Origin: Utricularia gibba
Lineage: Eukaryota; Plantae; Magnoliophyta
Length of the DNA stretch: 53,700 nt
Reading direction: 5' to 3'
Assembly (NCBI GenBank): GCA_002189035.1
Contig: NEEC01000300.1
Span: 1-53,700, forward strand
Below the pieces are notes generated by a model, which saw only the letters and a list, made by a program, of their open reading frames with translations, had not been told where the DNA came from and searched no databases. The position numbers and the translations under genes are program-made. This document shows positions 15,001 through 30,000 of this stretch, piece after piece. Within the stretch, counting starts at the first letter, position 1, and every line of letters begins with the position of its first letter.

Positions 15001-18000
15001 AGACCGCCTTCTCAAGTATAAAGTAAGTTGTTGAAAAAATCATGTGGGGTGCACGTGACATCATAATTTAAACAAATGCATCATTTTTTTTAATCGATTT
15101 GCATCCAGTTGACCTCATGAGCCATACAGAATCGGGGTCAAGGACCAAGTTCCCAGCGAGACTGGCCGCCACAAAACGAGAAGCGTTCCTTGAAAAACCA
15201 TGTAGGCAGCCCCCGAAACCGAACGTAATAAATACATCACTTTATTTGCCGGGCTACAACTTACTTTGGGCCAAGGCCTAAGCTGACCTTTTTCCGGTTC
15301 CAAGTGCCCCCCAAGACCGCCTCCTCATGTATAAAGTAAGTTGTTAAAAAAATCATGTGGGGTGCACGTGACATCGTAATTTAAACAAATGCATCATTTT
15401 TTTAAATCGATTTGCATCCAGTTGACCTCATGAGCCATACAGAATCGGGGTCAAGGACCAAGTTCCCAGCGAGACTGGCCGCCACAAAACGAGAAGCGGT
15501 TCCTTGAAAAACCATGTAGGCAGCCCCCGAAAACCGAACGATAATAAATACATCACTTTATTTGCCGGACTACAACTAACTCTCGGCAAGCCAAACCTTA
15601 CCTTTGTCCCGTTCCAGGTGCACCCAAAGACCGCCTGCTCAAGTATAAAGTAAGTTGTTGAAAAAATCATGTGGGGTGCACGTGATATCGCAAATTTAAA
15701 CAAATGCAACATTGTATTCATCGATTTGCATCCTTTTGTCCTCATGAGCCATAAAGAATCGGGCCCGGACCAAGTTCCTAGCGAGACTGGCCGCCACAAA
15801 ACGAGAAGCTGTTCCTTGAAAAACCATGTAGGCAACACCGAAAACCGAACGTTAATAAATACATCACTTTCTTTGCCGGGCTACAACTTACTTTGGGCCA
15901 AGGCCTAAGCTGATCTTTTTCCGGTTCCAAGTGCACCCAAAGACCGCCTCTCAAGTATAAAGTAAGTTGTTGAAAAAATCATGTGGGGTGCACGTGACAT
16001 CATAATTTAAACAAATGCATCATTTTTTTAATCGATTTGCATCCAGTTGACCTCATGAGCCATACAGAATCGGGTCAAGGACCAAGTTCCCAGCGAGACT
16101 GGCCGCCACAAAACGAGAAGCGGTTCCTTGAAAAACCATGTAGGCAACACCGAAAACCGAACGTTAATAAATACATCACTTTCTTTGCCGGGCTACAACT
16201 TACTTTGGGCCAAGGCCTAAGCTGATCTTTTTCCGGTTCCAAGTGCCCCAAAGACCGCCTCCTCAAGTATAAAGTAAGTTGTTGAAAAAATCATGTGGGG
16301 TGCACGTGATATCGTAATTTAAACAAATGCATCATTTGTTTAATCGATTTGCATCCTTTTGTCCTCATGAGCCATAAGAATCGGGGCCCGGACCAAGTTC
16401 CAGCGAGACTGGCCGCCACAAAACGAGAAGCTGTTCCTTGAAAAACCATGTAGGCAACCCGAAAACCGAACGTTAATAAATACATCACTTTCTTTGCCGG
16501 GCTACAACTTACTTTGGGCCAAGCCTAAGCTGATCTTTTTCCGTTCCAAGTGCACCCAAAGACCGCCTTCTCAAGTATAAAGTAAGTTGTTGAAAAAATC
16601 ATGTGGGGTGCACGTGATATCGCAATTTAAACAAATGCAACATTGTATTCATCGATTTGCATCCTTTTGTCCTCATGAGCCATAAAGAATCGCGGGCCCG
16701 ACCAAGTTCCTAGCGAGACTGGCCGCCACAAAACGAGAAGGTTCCTTGAAAAACCATGTAGGCAACACCGAAAACCGAACGTTAATAAATACATCACTTT
16801 CTTTGCCGGGCTACAACTTACTTTGGGCCAAGGCCTAAGCTGATCTTTTTTCCGGTTCCAAGTGCCCCAAGACCGCCTCTCAAGTATAAAGTAGTTGTTA
16901 AAAAAATCATGTGGGGTGCACGTGACATCGTAATTTAAACAAATGCATCATTTTTTTTAATCGATTTGCATCCAGTTGACCTCATGAGCCATACAGAATC
17001 GGGGTCAAGGACCAAGTTCCCAGCGAGACTGGCCGCCACAAAACGAGAAGCGGTTCCTTGAAAAACCATGTAGGCAGCCCCGAAAACCGAACGATAATAA
17101 ATACATCACTTTATTTGCCGGACTACAACTACTTGGCAAGCCAAACCTTACCTTTTTCCCGTTCCAGTGCACCCAAAGACCGCCTCTCAAGTATAAAGTA
17201 AGTTGTTGAAAAAATCATGTGGGGTGCACGTGATATCGCAATTTAAACAAATGCAACATTGTATTCATCGATTTGCATCCTTTTGTCCTCATGAGCCATA
17301 AAGAATCGCGGGGACCAAGTTCCAGCGAGACTGGCCGCCACAAAACGAGAAGCTGTTCCTTGAAAAACCATGTAGGCAACACCGAAAACCGAACGTTAAT
17401 AAATACATCACTTTCTTTGCCGGGCTACAACTTACTTTGGGCCAAGGCCTAAGCTGATCTTTTTCCGGTTCCAAGTGCCCAAAGACCGCCTTCTCAAGTA
17501 TAAAGTAAGTTGTTGAAAAAATCATGTGGGGTGCACGTGATATCGCAATTTAAACAAATGCAACATTGTATTCATCGATTTGCATCCTTTTGTCCTCATG
17601 AGCCATAAAGAATCGCGGGCCCGACCAAGTTCCTAGCGAGACTGGCCGCCACAAAACGAGAAGCTGTTCCTTGAAAAACCATGTAGGCAACACCGAAAAC
17701 CGAACGTTAATAAATACATCACTTTCTTTGCCGGGCTACAACTTACTTTGGGCCAAGGCCTAAGCTGATCTTTTTCCGGTTCCAAGTGCCCCCAAGACCG
17801 CCTCCTCAGTATAAAGTATGTTGTTAAAAAAATCATGTGGGGTGCACGTGACATCGTAATTTAAACAAATGCATCATTTTTTTAATCGATTTGCATCCAG
17901 TTGACCTCATGAGCCATACAGAATCGGGGTCAAGGACCAAGTTCCCAGCGAGACTGGCCGCCACAAAACGAGAAGCGGTTCCTTGAAAAACCATGTAGGC

Positions 18001-21000
18001 AGCCCCCGAAAACCGAACGATAATAAATACATCACTTTATTTGCCGGACTACAACTAACTTTGCAAGCCCCTTACCTTTTCCGTTCCAGTGCACCCAAAG
18101 ACCGCCTCTCAAGTATAAAGTAAGTTGTTGAAAAAATCATGTGGGGTGCACGTGATATCGCAATTTAAACAAATGCAACATTGTATTCATCGATTTGCAT
18201 CCTTTTGTCCTCATGAGCCATAAAGAATCGCGGGCCCGGACCAAGTTCCTAGCGAGACTGGCCGCCACAAAACGAGAAGCTGTTCCTTGAAAAACCATGT
18301 AGGCAACACCGAAAACCGAACGTTAATAAATACATCACTTTCTTTGCCGGCTACAACTTACTTTTGGGCCAAGGCCTAAGCTGATCTTTTTCCGGTTCCA
18401 AGTGCCCCCAAGACCGCCTCCTCATGTATAAAGTAAGTTGTTAAAAAATCATGTGGGGTGCACGTGACATCGTAATTTAAACAAATGGATCATTTTTTTT
18501 AATCGATTTGCATCCAGTTGACCTCATGAGCCATACAGAATCGGGGTCAAGGACCAAGTTCCCAGCGAGACTGGCCGCCACAAAACGAGAAGCGGTTCCT
18601 TGAAAAACCATGTAGGCAGCCCCCGAAAACCGAACGATAATAAATACATCACTTTATTTGCCGGACTACAACTACTCTGGGCAAGCCAAACCTTACCTTT
18701 TTCCCGTTCCAGGTGCACCCAAAGACCGCCTCTCAAGTATAAAGTAAGTTGTTGAAAAAATCATGTGGGGTGCACGTGATATCGCAATTTAAACAAATGC
18801 AACATTGTATTCATCGATTTGCATCCTTTTGTCCTCATGAGCCATAAAGAATCGCGGGCCCGGACCAAGTTCCTAGCGAGACTGGCCGCCACAAAACGAG
18901 AAGCTGTTCCTTGAAAAACCATGTAGGCAACACCGAAAACCGAACGTTAATAAATACATCACTTTCTTTGCCGGGCTACAACTTACTTTGGGCCAAGGCC
19001 TAAGCTGATCTTTTTCCGGTTCCCAAGTGCCCCCCAAGACCGCCTCCTCAGTATAAAGTTGAAAAAATCATGTGGGGTGCACGTGACATCGTAATTTAAA
19101 CAAATGATCATTTTTTTTAATCGATTTGCATCCAGTTGACCTCATGAGCCATACAGAATCGGGTCAAGGACCAAGTTCCCAGCGAGACTGGCCGCCACAA
19201 AACGAGAAGCGGTTCCTTGAAAAACCATGTAGGCAGCCCCCGAAAACCGAACGATAATAAATACATCACTTTATTTGCCGGACTACAACTAACTCTCCAA
19301 GCCAAACCTTACCTTTGTCCCGTTCCAGTGCACCCAAAGACCGCCCTCAAGTATAAAGTAAGTTGTTGAAAAAATCATGTGGGTGCACGTGATATCGCAA
19401 TTTAAACAAATGCAACATTGTATTCATCGATTTGCATCCTTTTGTCCTCATGAGCCATAAAGAATCGCGGGCCCGGACCAAGTTCCTAGCGAGACTGGCC
19501 GCCACAAAACGAGAAGCTGTTCCTTGAAAAACCATGTAGGCAACACCGAAAACCGAACGTTAATAAATACATCACTTTCTTTGCCGGGCTACAACTTACT
19601 TTGGGCCAAGGCCTAAGCTGATCTTTTTCCGGTTCCAAGTGCCCCCAAGACCGCCTCCTCAGTATAAAGTAGTTGTTAAAAAAATCATGTGGGGTGCACG
19701 TGACATCGTAATTTAAACAAAATCATTTTTTTAATCGATTTGCATCCAGTTGACCTCATGAGCCATACAGAATCGGGGTCAAGGACCAAGTTCCCAGCGA
19801 GACTGGCCGCCACAAAACGAGAAGCGGTTCCTTGAAAAACCATGTAGGCACCCCGAAAACCGAACGATAATAAATACATCACTTTATTTGCCGGACTACA
19901 ACTAACTCTCGGCAAGCCAAACCTTACCTTTGTCCCGTTCCAGGTGCACCCAAAGACCGCCTCAAGTATAAAGTAAGTTGTTGAAAAAATCATGTGGGGT
20001 GCACGTGATATCGCAATTTAAACAAATGCAACATTGTTTCATCGATTTGCATCCTTTTGTCCTCATGAGCCATAAAGAATCGCGGGCCCGGACCAAGTTC
20101 CTAGCGAGACTGGCCGCCACAAAACGAGAAGCTGTTCCTTGAAAAACCATGTAGGCAACCCGAAAACCGAACGTTAATAAATACATCACTTTCTTTGCCG
20201 GGCTACAACTTACTTGGGCCAAGGCCTAAGCTGTTCCGGTTCCAAGTGCACCCAAAGACCGCCTTCTCAAGTATAAAGTAAGTTGTTAAAAAAATCATGT
20301 GGGGTGCACGTGATTTAAACAAATGCACATTTTTTTAATCGATTTGCATCCTTTGACCTCATGAGCCATAAGAATCGGGGACCAAGTTCCCAGCGACTGG
20401 CCGCCACAAAACGAGAAGCTGTTCCTTGAAAAACCATGTAGGCACCCGAAAACCGAACGTTAATAAATACATCACTTTCTTTGCCGGCTACAACTTACTT
20501 TGGGCCAAGGCCTAAGCTGATCTTTTTCCGGTTCCAAGTGCCCCCCAAGACCGCCTCCTCAAGTATAAAGTAGTTGTTAAAAAAATCATGTGGGGTGCAC
20601 GTGACATCGTAATTTAAACAAATGCATCATTTTTTTTAATCGATTTGTTTTGACCTCATGAGCCATACAGAATCGGGTCAAGGACCAAGTTCCCAGCGAG
20701 ACTGGCCGCCACAAAACGAGAAGCGGTTCCTTGAAAAACCATGTAGGCAGCCCCCGAAAACCGAACGATAATAAATACATCACTTTATTTGCCGGACTAC
20801 AACTAACTCTCGGCAAGCCAAACCTTACCTTTTCCCGTTCCAGGTGCACCCAAGACCGCCTGCTCAAGTATAAAGTAAGTTGTTGAAAAAATCATGTGGG
20901 GTGCACGTGATATCGCAATTTAAACAAATGCAACATTGTATTCATCGATTTGCATCCTTTTGTCCTCATGAGCCATAAAGAATCGCGGGCCCGGACCAAG

Positions 21001-24000
21001 TTCCTAGCGAGACTGGCCGCCACAAAACGAGAAGCTGTTCCTTGAAAAACCATGTAGGCACCGAAAACCGAACGTTAATAAATACATCACTTTCTTTGCC
21101 GGCTACAACTTACTTTGGGCCAAGGCCTAAGCTGATCTTTTTCCGGTTCCAAGTGCCCCCAAGACCGCCTCTCAAGTATAAAGTAAGTTGTTAAAAAAAT
21201 CATGTGGGGTGCACGTGACATCGTAATTTAAACAAATGGATCATTTTTTTAATCGATTTGCATCCAGTTGACCTCATGAGCCATACAGAATCGGGGTCAA
21301 GGACCAAGTTCCCAGCGAGACTGGCCGCCACAAAACGAGAAGCGGTTCCTTGAAAAACCATGTAGGCAGCCCCCGAAAACCGAACGATAATAAATACATC
21401 ACTTTATTTGCCGGACTACAACTAACTTTGGCCAAGCCTAAGCTGACCTTTTCCCGTTCCAGTGCACCCAAAGACCCTCTCAAGTATAAAGTAAGTTGTT
21501 GAAAAAATCATGTGGGGTGCACGTGATATCGCAATTTAAACAAATGCAACATTGTTTCATCGATTTGCATCCTTTTGTCCTCATGAGCCATAAAGAATCG
21601 CGGGCCCGGACCAAGTTCCTAGCGAGACTGGCCGCCACAAAACGAGAAGCTGTTCCTTGAAAAACCATGTAGGCAACACCGAAAACCGAACGTTAATAAA
21701 TACATCACTTTCTTTGCCGGGCTACAACTTACTTTGGGCCAAGGCCTAAGCTGATCTTTTTCCGGTTCCAAGTGCACCCAAAGACCGCCTTCTCAAGTAT
21801 AAAGTAAGTTGTTGAAAAAATCATGTGGGGTGCACGTGACATCGCAATTTAAACAAATGCATCATTTTTTCATCGATTTGCATCCTTTTGACCTCATGAG
21901 CCATAAAGAATCGGGGGACCAAGTTCCAGCGAGACTGGCCGCCACAAAACGAGAAGCTGTTCCTTGAAAAACCATGTAGGCACCGAAAACCGAACGTTAA
22001 TAAATACATCACTTTCTTTGCCGGGCTACAACTTACTTTGGGCCAAGGCCTAAGCTGACCTTTTTCCGGTTCCAAGTGCCCCCCAAGACCGCCTCCTCAT
22101 GTATAAAGTATGTTGTTAAAAAAATCATGTGGGGTGCACGTGACATCGTAATTTAAACAAATGCATCATTTTTTTTAATCGATTTGCATCCAGTTGACCT
22201 CATGAGCCATACAGAATCGGGGTCAAGGACCAAGTTCCCAGCGAGACTGGCCGCCACAAACGAGAAGTTCCTTGAAAAACCATGTAGGCACCCCCGAAAA
22301 CCGAACGATAATAAATACATCACTTTATTTGCCGGCTACAACTACTTCCAAGCCTAAGCTGACCTTTTCCCGTTCCAAGTGCCCCAAAGACCGCCTCTCA
22401 AGTATAAAGTAAGTTGTTGAAAAAATCATGTGGGGTGCACGTGATATCGCAATTTAAACAAATGCAACATTTTATTCATCGATTTGCATCCTTTTGTCCT
22501 CATGAGCCATAAAGAATCGGGGCCCGGACCAAGTTCCTAGCGAGACTGGCCGCCACAAAACGAGAAGCTGTTCCTTGAAAAACCATGTAGGCAACACCGA
22601 AAACCGAACGTTAATAAATACATCACTTTCTTTGCCGGCTACAACTTACTTTGGGCCAAGCCTAAGCTGATCTTTTTCCGGTTCCAAGTGCCCCAAGACC
22701 GCCTCTCATGTATAAAGTATGTTTGAAAAAATCATGTGGGGTGCACGTGACATCGTAATTTAAACAAATGCATCATTTTTTTTAATCGATTTGCATCCAT
22801 TTGACCTCATGAGCCATACAGAATCGGGGTCGGACCAAGTTCCCAGCGAGACTGGCCGCCACAAAACGAGAAGCGGTTCCTTGAAAAACCATGTAGGCAG
22901 CCCCGAAAACCGAACGATAATAAATACATCACTTTATTTGCCGGACTACAACTTACAAGCCAAAACCTTTTCCCGTTCCAGTGCACCCAAAGACCGCCTC
23001 TCAAGTATAAAGTAAGTTGTTGAAAAAATCATGTGGGGTGCACGTGATATCGCAATTTAAACAAATGCATCATTTTTTAATCGATTTGCATCCAGTTGAC
23101 CTCATGAGCCATACAGAATCGGGGGGACCAAGTTCCAGCGAGACTGGCCGCCACAAAACGAGAAGCTGTTCCTTGAAAAACCATGTAGGCAACCGAAAAC
23201 CGAACGTAATAAATACATCACTTTTTTGCCGGGCTACAACTTACTTTGGGCCAAGGCCTAAGCTGACCTTTTTCCGGTTCCAAGTGCACCCAAAGACCGC
23301 CTTCTCAAGTATAAAGTAAGTTGTTGAAAAAATCATGTGGGGTGCACGTGATCGCAATTTAAACAAATGCACATTGTTTCATCGATTTGCATCCTTTTGT
23401 CCTCATGAGCCATAAGAATCGGGGACCAAGTTCCTAGCGAGACTGGCCGCCACAAAACGAGAAGCTGTTCCTTGAAAAACCATGTAGGCAACACCGAAAA
23501 CCGAACGTTAATAAATACATCACTTTCTTTGCCGGGCTACAACTTACTTTGGGCCAAGGCCTAAGCTGATCTTTTTTCCGTTCCAAGTGCCCCCCAAGAC
23601 CGCCTCCTCATGTATAAAGTATGTTGTTAAAAAAATCATGTGGGGTGCACGTGACATCGTAATTTAAACAAATGGATCATTTTTTTAATCGATTTGCATC
23701 CAGTTGACCTCATGAGCCATACAGAATCGGGGTCAAGGACCAAGTTCCCAGCGAGACTGGCCGCCACAAAACGAGAAGCGGTTCCTTGAAAAACCATGTA
23801 GGCAGCCCCCGAAAACCGAACGATAATAAATACATCACTTTATTTGCCGGACTACAACTAACTCTCGTGCAAGCCAAACCTTACCTTTGTCCCGTTCCAG
23901 TGCACCCAAAGACCGCCTGCTCAAGTATAAAGTAAGTTGTTGAAAAAATCATGTGGGGTGCACGTGATATCGCAATTTAAACAAATGCAACATTGTATTC

Positions 24001-27000
24001 ATCGATTTGCATCCTTTTGTCCTCATGAGCCATAAAGAATCGCGGGCCCGGAAGTTCCTAGCGAGACTGGCCGCCACAAAACGAGAAGCTGTTCCTTGAA
24101 AAACCATGTAGGCAACACCGAAAACCGAACGTTAATAAATACATCACTTTCTTTGCCGGGCTACAACTTACTTTGGGCCAAGGCCTAAGCTGACCTTTTT
24201 CCGTTCCAAGTGCCCCCAAGACCGCCTCCTCAGTATAAAGTAGTTGTTTAAAAAAATCATGTGGGTGCACGTGACATCGTAATTTAAACAAATGCATCAT
24301 TTTTTTTAATCGATTTGCATCCAGTTGACCTCATGAGCCATACAGAATCGGGTCAAGGACCAAGTTCCCAGCGAGACTGGCCGCCACAAAACGAGAAGCG
24401 GTTCCTTGAAAAACCATGTAGGCAGCCCCGAAAACCGAACGATAATAAATACATCACTTTATTTGCCGGACTACAACTACTCTCGGGCAAGCCAAACCTT
24501 ACCTTTGTCCCGTTCCAGTGCACCCAAAGACCGCCTCTCAAGTATAAAGTAAGTTGTTGAAAAAATCATGTGGGGTGCACGTGATATCGCAATTTAAACA
24601 AATGCAACATTGTATTCATCGATTTGCATCCTTTTGTCCTCATGAGCCATAAAGAATCGCGGGCCCGGACCAAGTTCCTAGCGAGACTGGCCGCCACAAA
24701 ACGAGAAGCTGTTCCTTGAAAAACCATGTAGGCAACACCGAAAACCGAACGTTAATAAATACATCACTTTCTTTGCCGGGCTACAACTTACTTTGGGCCA
24801 AGGCCTAAGCTGATCTTTTTCCGGTTCCAAGTGCACCCAAAGACCGCCTTCTCAAGTATAAAGTAAGTTGTTGAAAAAATCATGTGGGGTGCACGTGACA
24901 TATAATTTAAACAAATGCATCATTTTTTTTTAATCGATTTGCATCCAGTTGACCTCATGAGCCATACAGAATCGGGGTCAAGGACCAAGTTCCCAGCGAG
25001 ACTGGCCGCCACAAAACGAGAAGCGGTTCCTTGAAAAACCATGTAGGCACCCCGAAAACCGAACGATAATAAATACATCACTTTATTTGCCGGACTACAA
25101 CTTACTTGGCCAAGGCCTAAGCTGACCTTTTTCCGTTCCAAGTGCCCCCAAGACCGCCTCCTCAGTATAAAGTAGTTGTTAAAAAAATCATGTGGGTGCA
25201 CGTGACATCGTAATTTAAACAAATGCATCATTTTTTTTAATCGATTTGCATCCAGTTGACCTCATGAGCCATAAAGAATCGGGTGACCAAGTTCCCAGCG
25301 AGACTGGCCGCCACAAAACGAGAAGCGTTCCTTGAAAAACCATGTAGGCACCCGAAAACCGAACGATAATAAATACATCACTTTCTTTGCCGGGCTACAA
25401 CAACTTACTTTGCAAGCCAAACCTTACCTTTTCCCGTTCCAAGTGCACCCAAAGACCGCCTTCTCAAGTATAAAGTAAGTTGTTGAAAAAATCATGTGGG
25501 GTGCACGTGATATCGCAATTTAAACAAATGCAACATTTTTTCATCGATTTGCATCCTTTGACCTCATGAGCCATAAAGAATCGCGGGCCCGACCAAGTTC
25601 CTAGCGAGACTGGCCGCCACAAAACGAGAAGCTGTTCCTTGAAAAACCATGTAGGCAACACCGAAAACCGAACGTTAATAAATACATCACTTTCTTTGCC
25701 GGGCTACAACTTACTTTGGGCCAAGGCCTAAGCTGATCTTTTTCCGGTTCCAGTGCCCCCCAAGACCGCCTCCTCAGTATAAAGTAGTTGTTAAAAAAAT
25801 CATGTGGGGTGCACGTGACATCGTAATTTAAACAAATGCATCATTTTTTTTAATCGATTTGCATCCAGTTGACCTCATGAGCCATACAGAATCACCAAGT
25901 TCCCAGCGAGACTGGCCGCCACAAAACGAGAAGCGGTTCCTTGAAAAACCATGTAGGCAGCCCCCGAAAACCGAACGATAATAAATACATCACTTTATTT
26001 GCCGGACTACAACTACTTGGGCAAGCCAAACCTTACCTTTGTCCCGTTCCAGTGCACCCAAAGACCGCCTCTCAAGTATAAAGTAAGTTGTTGAAAAAAT
26101 CATGTGGGGTGCACGTGATATCGCAATTTAAACAAATGCAACATTTTTTCATCGATTTGCATCCTTTTGTCCTCATGAGCCATAAAGAATCGCGGGCCCG
26201 GACCAAGTTCCTAGCGAGACTGGCCGCCACAAAACGAGAAGCTGTTCCTTGAAAAACCATGTAGGCAACACCGAAAACCGAACGTTAATAAATACATCAC
26301 TTTCTTTGCCGGGCTACAACTTACTTGGCCAAGGCCTAAGCTGATCTTTTTCCGGTTCCAAGTGCACCCAAAGACCGCCTTCTCAAGTATAAAGTAGTTG
26401 TTGAAAAAATCATGTGGGGTGCACGTGACATATAATTTAAACAAATGCATCATTTTTTTAATCGATTTGCATCCAGTTGACCTCATGAGCCATAAGAATC
26501 GGGTCGGACCAAGTTCCCAGCGAGACTGGCCGCCACAAAACGAGAAGCTGTTCCTTGAAAAACCATGTAGGCACCGAAAACCGAACGATAATAAATACAT
26601 CACTTTATTTGCCGGCTACAACTTACTTTGGGCCAAGGCCTAAGCTGATCTTTTTCCGGTTCCAAGTGCCCCCAAGACCGCCTCCTCATGTATAAAGTAG
26701 TTGTTAAAAAATCATGTGGGGTGCACGTGACATCGTAATTTAAACAAATGCATCATTTTTTTTAATCGATTTGCATCCAGTTGACCTCATGAGCCATACA
26801 GAATCGGGTCAAGGACCAAGTTCCAGCGAGACTGGCCGCCACAAAACGAGAAGCGGTTCCTTGAAAAACCATGTAGGCAGCCCCCGAAAACCGAACGATA
26901 ATAAATACATCACTTTATTTGCCGGACTACAACTAACTCTCTGCAAGCCAAACCTTACCTTTTCCCGTTCCAGGTGCCCAAAGACCGCCTCCTCAAGTAT

Positions 27001-30000
27001 AAAGTAAGTTGTTGAAAAAATCATGTGGGGTGCACGTGATATCGCAATTTAAACAAATGCAACATATTCATCGATTTGCATCCTTTTGTCCTCATGAGCC
27101 ATAAAGAATCGCGGGCCCGGACCAAGTTCCTAGCGAGACTGGCCGCCACAAAACGAGAAGCTGTTCCTTGAAAAACCATGTAGGCAACACCGAAAACCGA
27201 ACGTTAATAAATACATCACTTTCTTTGCCGGGCTACAACTTACTTTGGGCCAAGGCCTAAGCTGATCTTTTTCCGGTTCAAGTGCCCCCCAAGACCGCCT
27301 CCTCATGTATAAAGTATGTTGTTAAAAAAATCATGTGGGGTGCACGTGACATCGTAATTTAAACAAATGCATCATTTTTTTTAATCGATTTGCATCCAGT
27401 TGACCTCATGAGCCATACAGAATCGGGGTCAAGGACCAAGTTCCCAGCGAGACTGGCCGCCACAAAACGAGAAGCGGTTCCTTGAAAAACCATGTAGGCA
27501 GCCCCCGAAAACCGAACGATAATAAATACATCACTTTATTTGCCGGACTACAACTAACTCTCGGTGCAAGCCAAACCTTACCTTTGTCCCGTTCCAGGTG
27601 CACCCAAAGACCGCCTGCTCAAGTATAAAGTAAGTTGTTGAAAAAATCATGTGGGGTGCACGTGATATCGCAATTTAAACAAATGCAACATTGTATTCAT
27701 CGATTTGCATCCTTTTGTCCTCATGAGCCATAAGAATCGCGGGCCCGGACCAAGTTCCTAGCGAGACTGGCCGCCACAAAACGAGAAGCTGTTCCTTGAA
27801 AAACCATGTAGGCAACACCGAAAACCGAACGTTAATAAATACATCACTTTCTTTGCCGGGCTACAACTTACTTTGGGCCAAGGCCTAAGCTGATCTTTTT
27901 CCGGTTCCAAGTGCACCCAAAGACCGCCTTCTCAGTATAAAGTAAGTTGTTGAAAAAATCATGTGGGGTGCACGTGACATCGTAATTTAAACAAATGCAT
28001 CATTTTTTTAATCGATTTGCATCCAGTTGACCTCATGAGCCATACAGAATGACCAAGTTCCAGCGAGACTGGCCGCCACAAAACGAGAAGCGTTCCTTGA
28101 AAAACCATGTAGGCAGCCCCGAAAACCGAACGATAATAAATACATCACTTTATTTGCCGGGCTACAACTTACTTTGCCAAGCCTAAACCTTTTTCCGTTC
28201 CAAGTGCACCCAAGACCGCCTGCTCAAGTATAAAGTAAGTTGTTGAAAAAATCATGTGGGGTGCACGTGATATCGCAATTTAAACAAATGCAACATTGTA
28301 TTCATCGATTTGCATCCTTTTGTCCTCATGAGCCATAAAGAATCGCGGGCCCGGACCAAGTTCCTAGCGAGACTGGCCGCCACAAAACGAGAAGCTGTTC
28401 CTTGAAAAACCATGTAGGCAACACCGAAAACCGAACGTTAATAAATACATCACTTTCTTTGCCGGGCTACAACTTACTTTGGGCCAAGGCCTAAGCTGAC
28501 CTTTTTCCGGTTCCAAGTGCCCCCAAGACCGCCTCCTCAGTATAAAGTATGTTGTTGAAAAAATCATGTGGGGTGCACGTGACATCGTAATTTAAACAAA
28601 TGGATCATTTTTTTTAATCGATTTGCATCCAGTTGACCTCATGAGCCATACAGAATCGGTCAAGGACCAAGTTCCCAGCGAGACTGGCCGCCACAAAACG
28701 AGAAGCGGTTCCTTGAAAAACCATGTAGGCAGCCCCCGAAAACCGAACGATAATAAATACATCACTTTATTTGCCGGACTACAACTAACTCTCGTGCAAG
28801 CCAAACCTTACCTTTGTCCCGTTCCAGGTGCACCCAAAGACCGCCTGCTCAAGTATAAAGTAAGTTGTTGAAAAAATCATGTGGGGTGCACGTGATATCG
28901 CAATTTAAACAAATGCAACATTGTATTCATCGATTTGCATCCTTTTGTCCTCATGAGCCATAAAGAATCGCGGCCCGGACCAAGTTCCTAGCGAGACTGG
29001 CCGCCACAAAACGAGAAGCTGTTCCTTGAAAAACCATGTAGGCAACACCGAAAAACCGAACGTTAATAAATACATCACTTTCTTTGCCGGGCTACAACTT
29101 ACTTTGGGCCAAGGCCTAAGCTGATCTTTTTCCGGTTCCAAGTGCCCCAAGACCGCCTCCTCATGTATAAAGTAGTTGTTAAAAAAATCATGTGGGTGCA
29201 CGTGACATCGTAATTTAAACAAATGCATCATTTTTTTTAATCGATTTGCATCCAGTTGACCTCATGAGCCATACAGAATCGGGGTCAAGGACCAAGTTCC
29301 CAGCGAGACTGGCCGCCACAAAACGAGAAGCGGTTCCTTGAAAAACCATGTAGGCAGCCCCCGAAAACCGAACGATAATAAATACATCACTTTATTTGCC
29401 GGACTACAACTAACTCTCGCAAGCCAAACCTTACCTTTGTCCCGTTCCAGTGCACCCAAAGACCGCCTGCTCAAGTATAAAGTAAGTTGTTGAAAAAAAT
29501 CATGTGGGGTGCACGTGATATCGCAATTTAAACAAATGCAACATTGTATTCATCGATTTGCATCCTTTTGTCCTCATGAGCCATAAAGAATCGCGGGCCC
29601 GGACCAAGTTCCTAGCGAGACTGGCCGCCACAAAACGAGAAGCTGTTCCTTGAAAAACCATGTAGGCAACACCGAAAACCGAACGTTAATAAATACATCA
29701 CTTTCTTTGCCGGGCTACAACTTACTTTGGGCCAAGGCCTAAGCTGATCTTTTTCCGGTTCCAAGTGCCCCCAAGACCGCCTCCTCAAGTATAAAGTAAG
29801 TTGTTGAAAAAATCATGTGGGGTGCACGTGACATCGTAATTTAAACAAATGATCATTTTTTTAATCGATTTGCATCCAGTTGACCTCATGAGCCATACAG
29901 AATCGGGGTCAAGGACCAAGTTCCCAGCGAGACTGGCCGCCACAAAACGAGAAGCGGTTCCTTGAAAAACCATGTAGGCAGCCCCGAAAACCGAACGATA

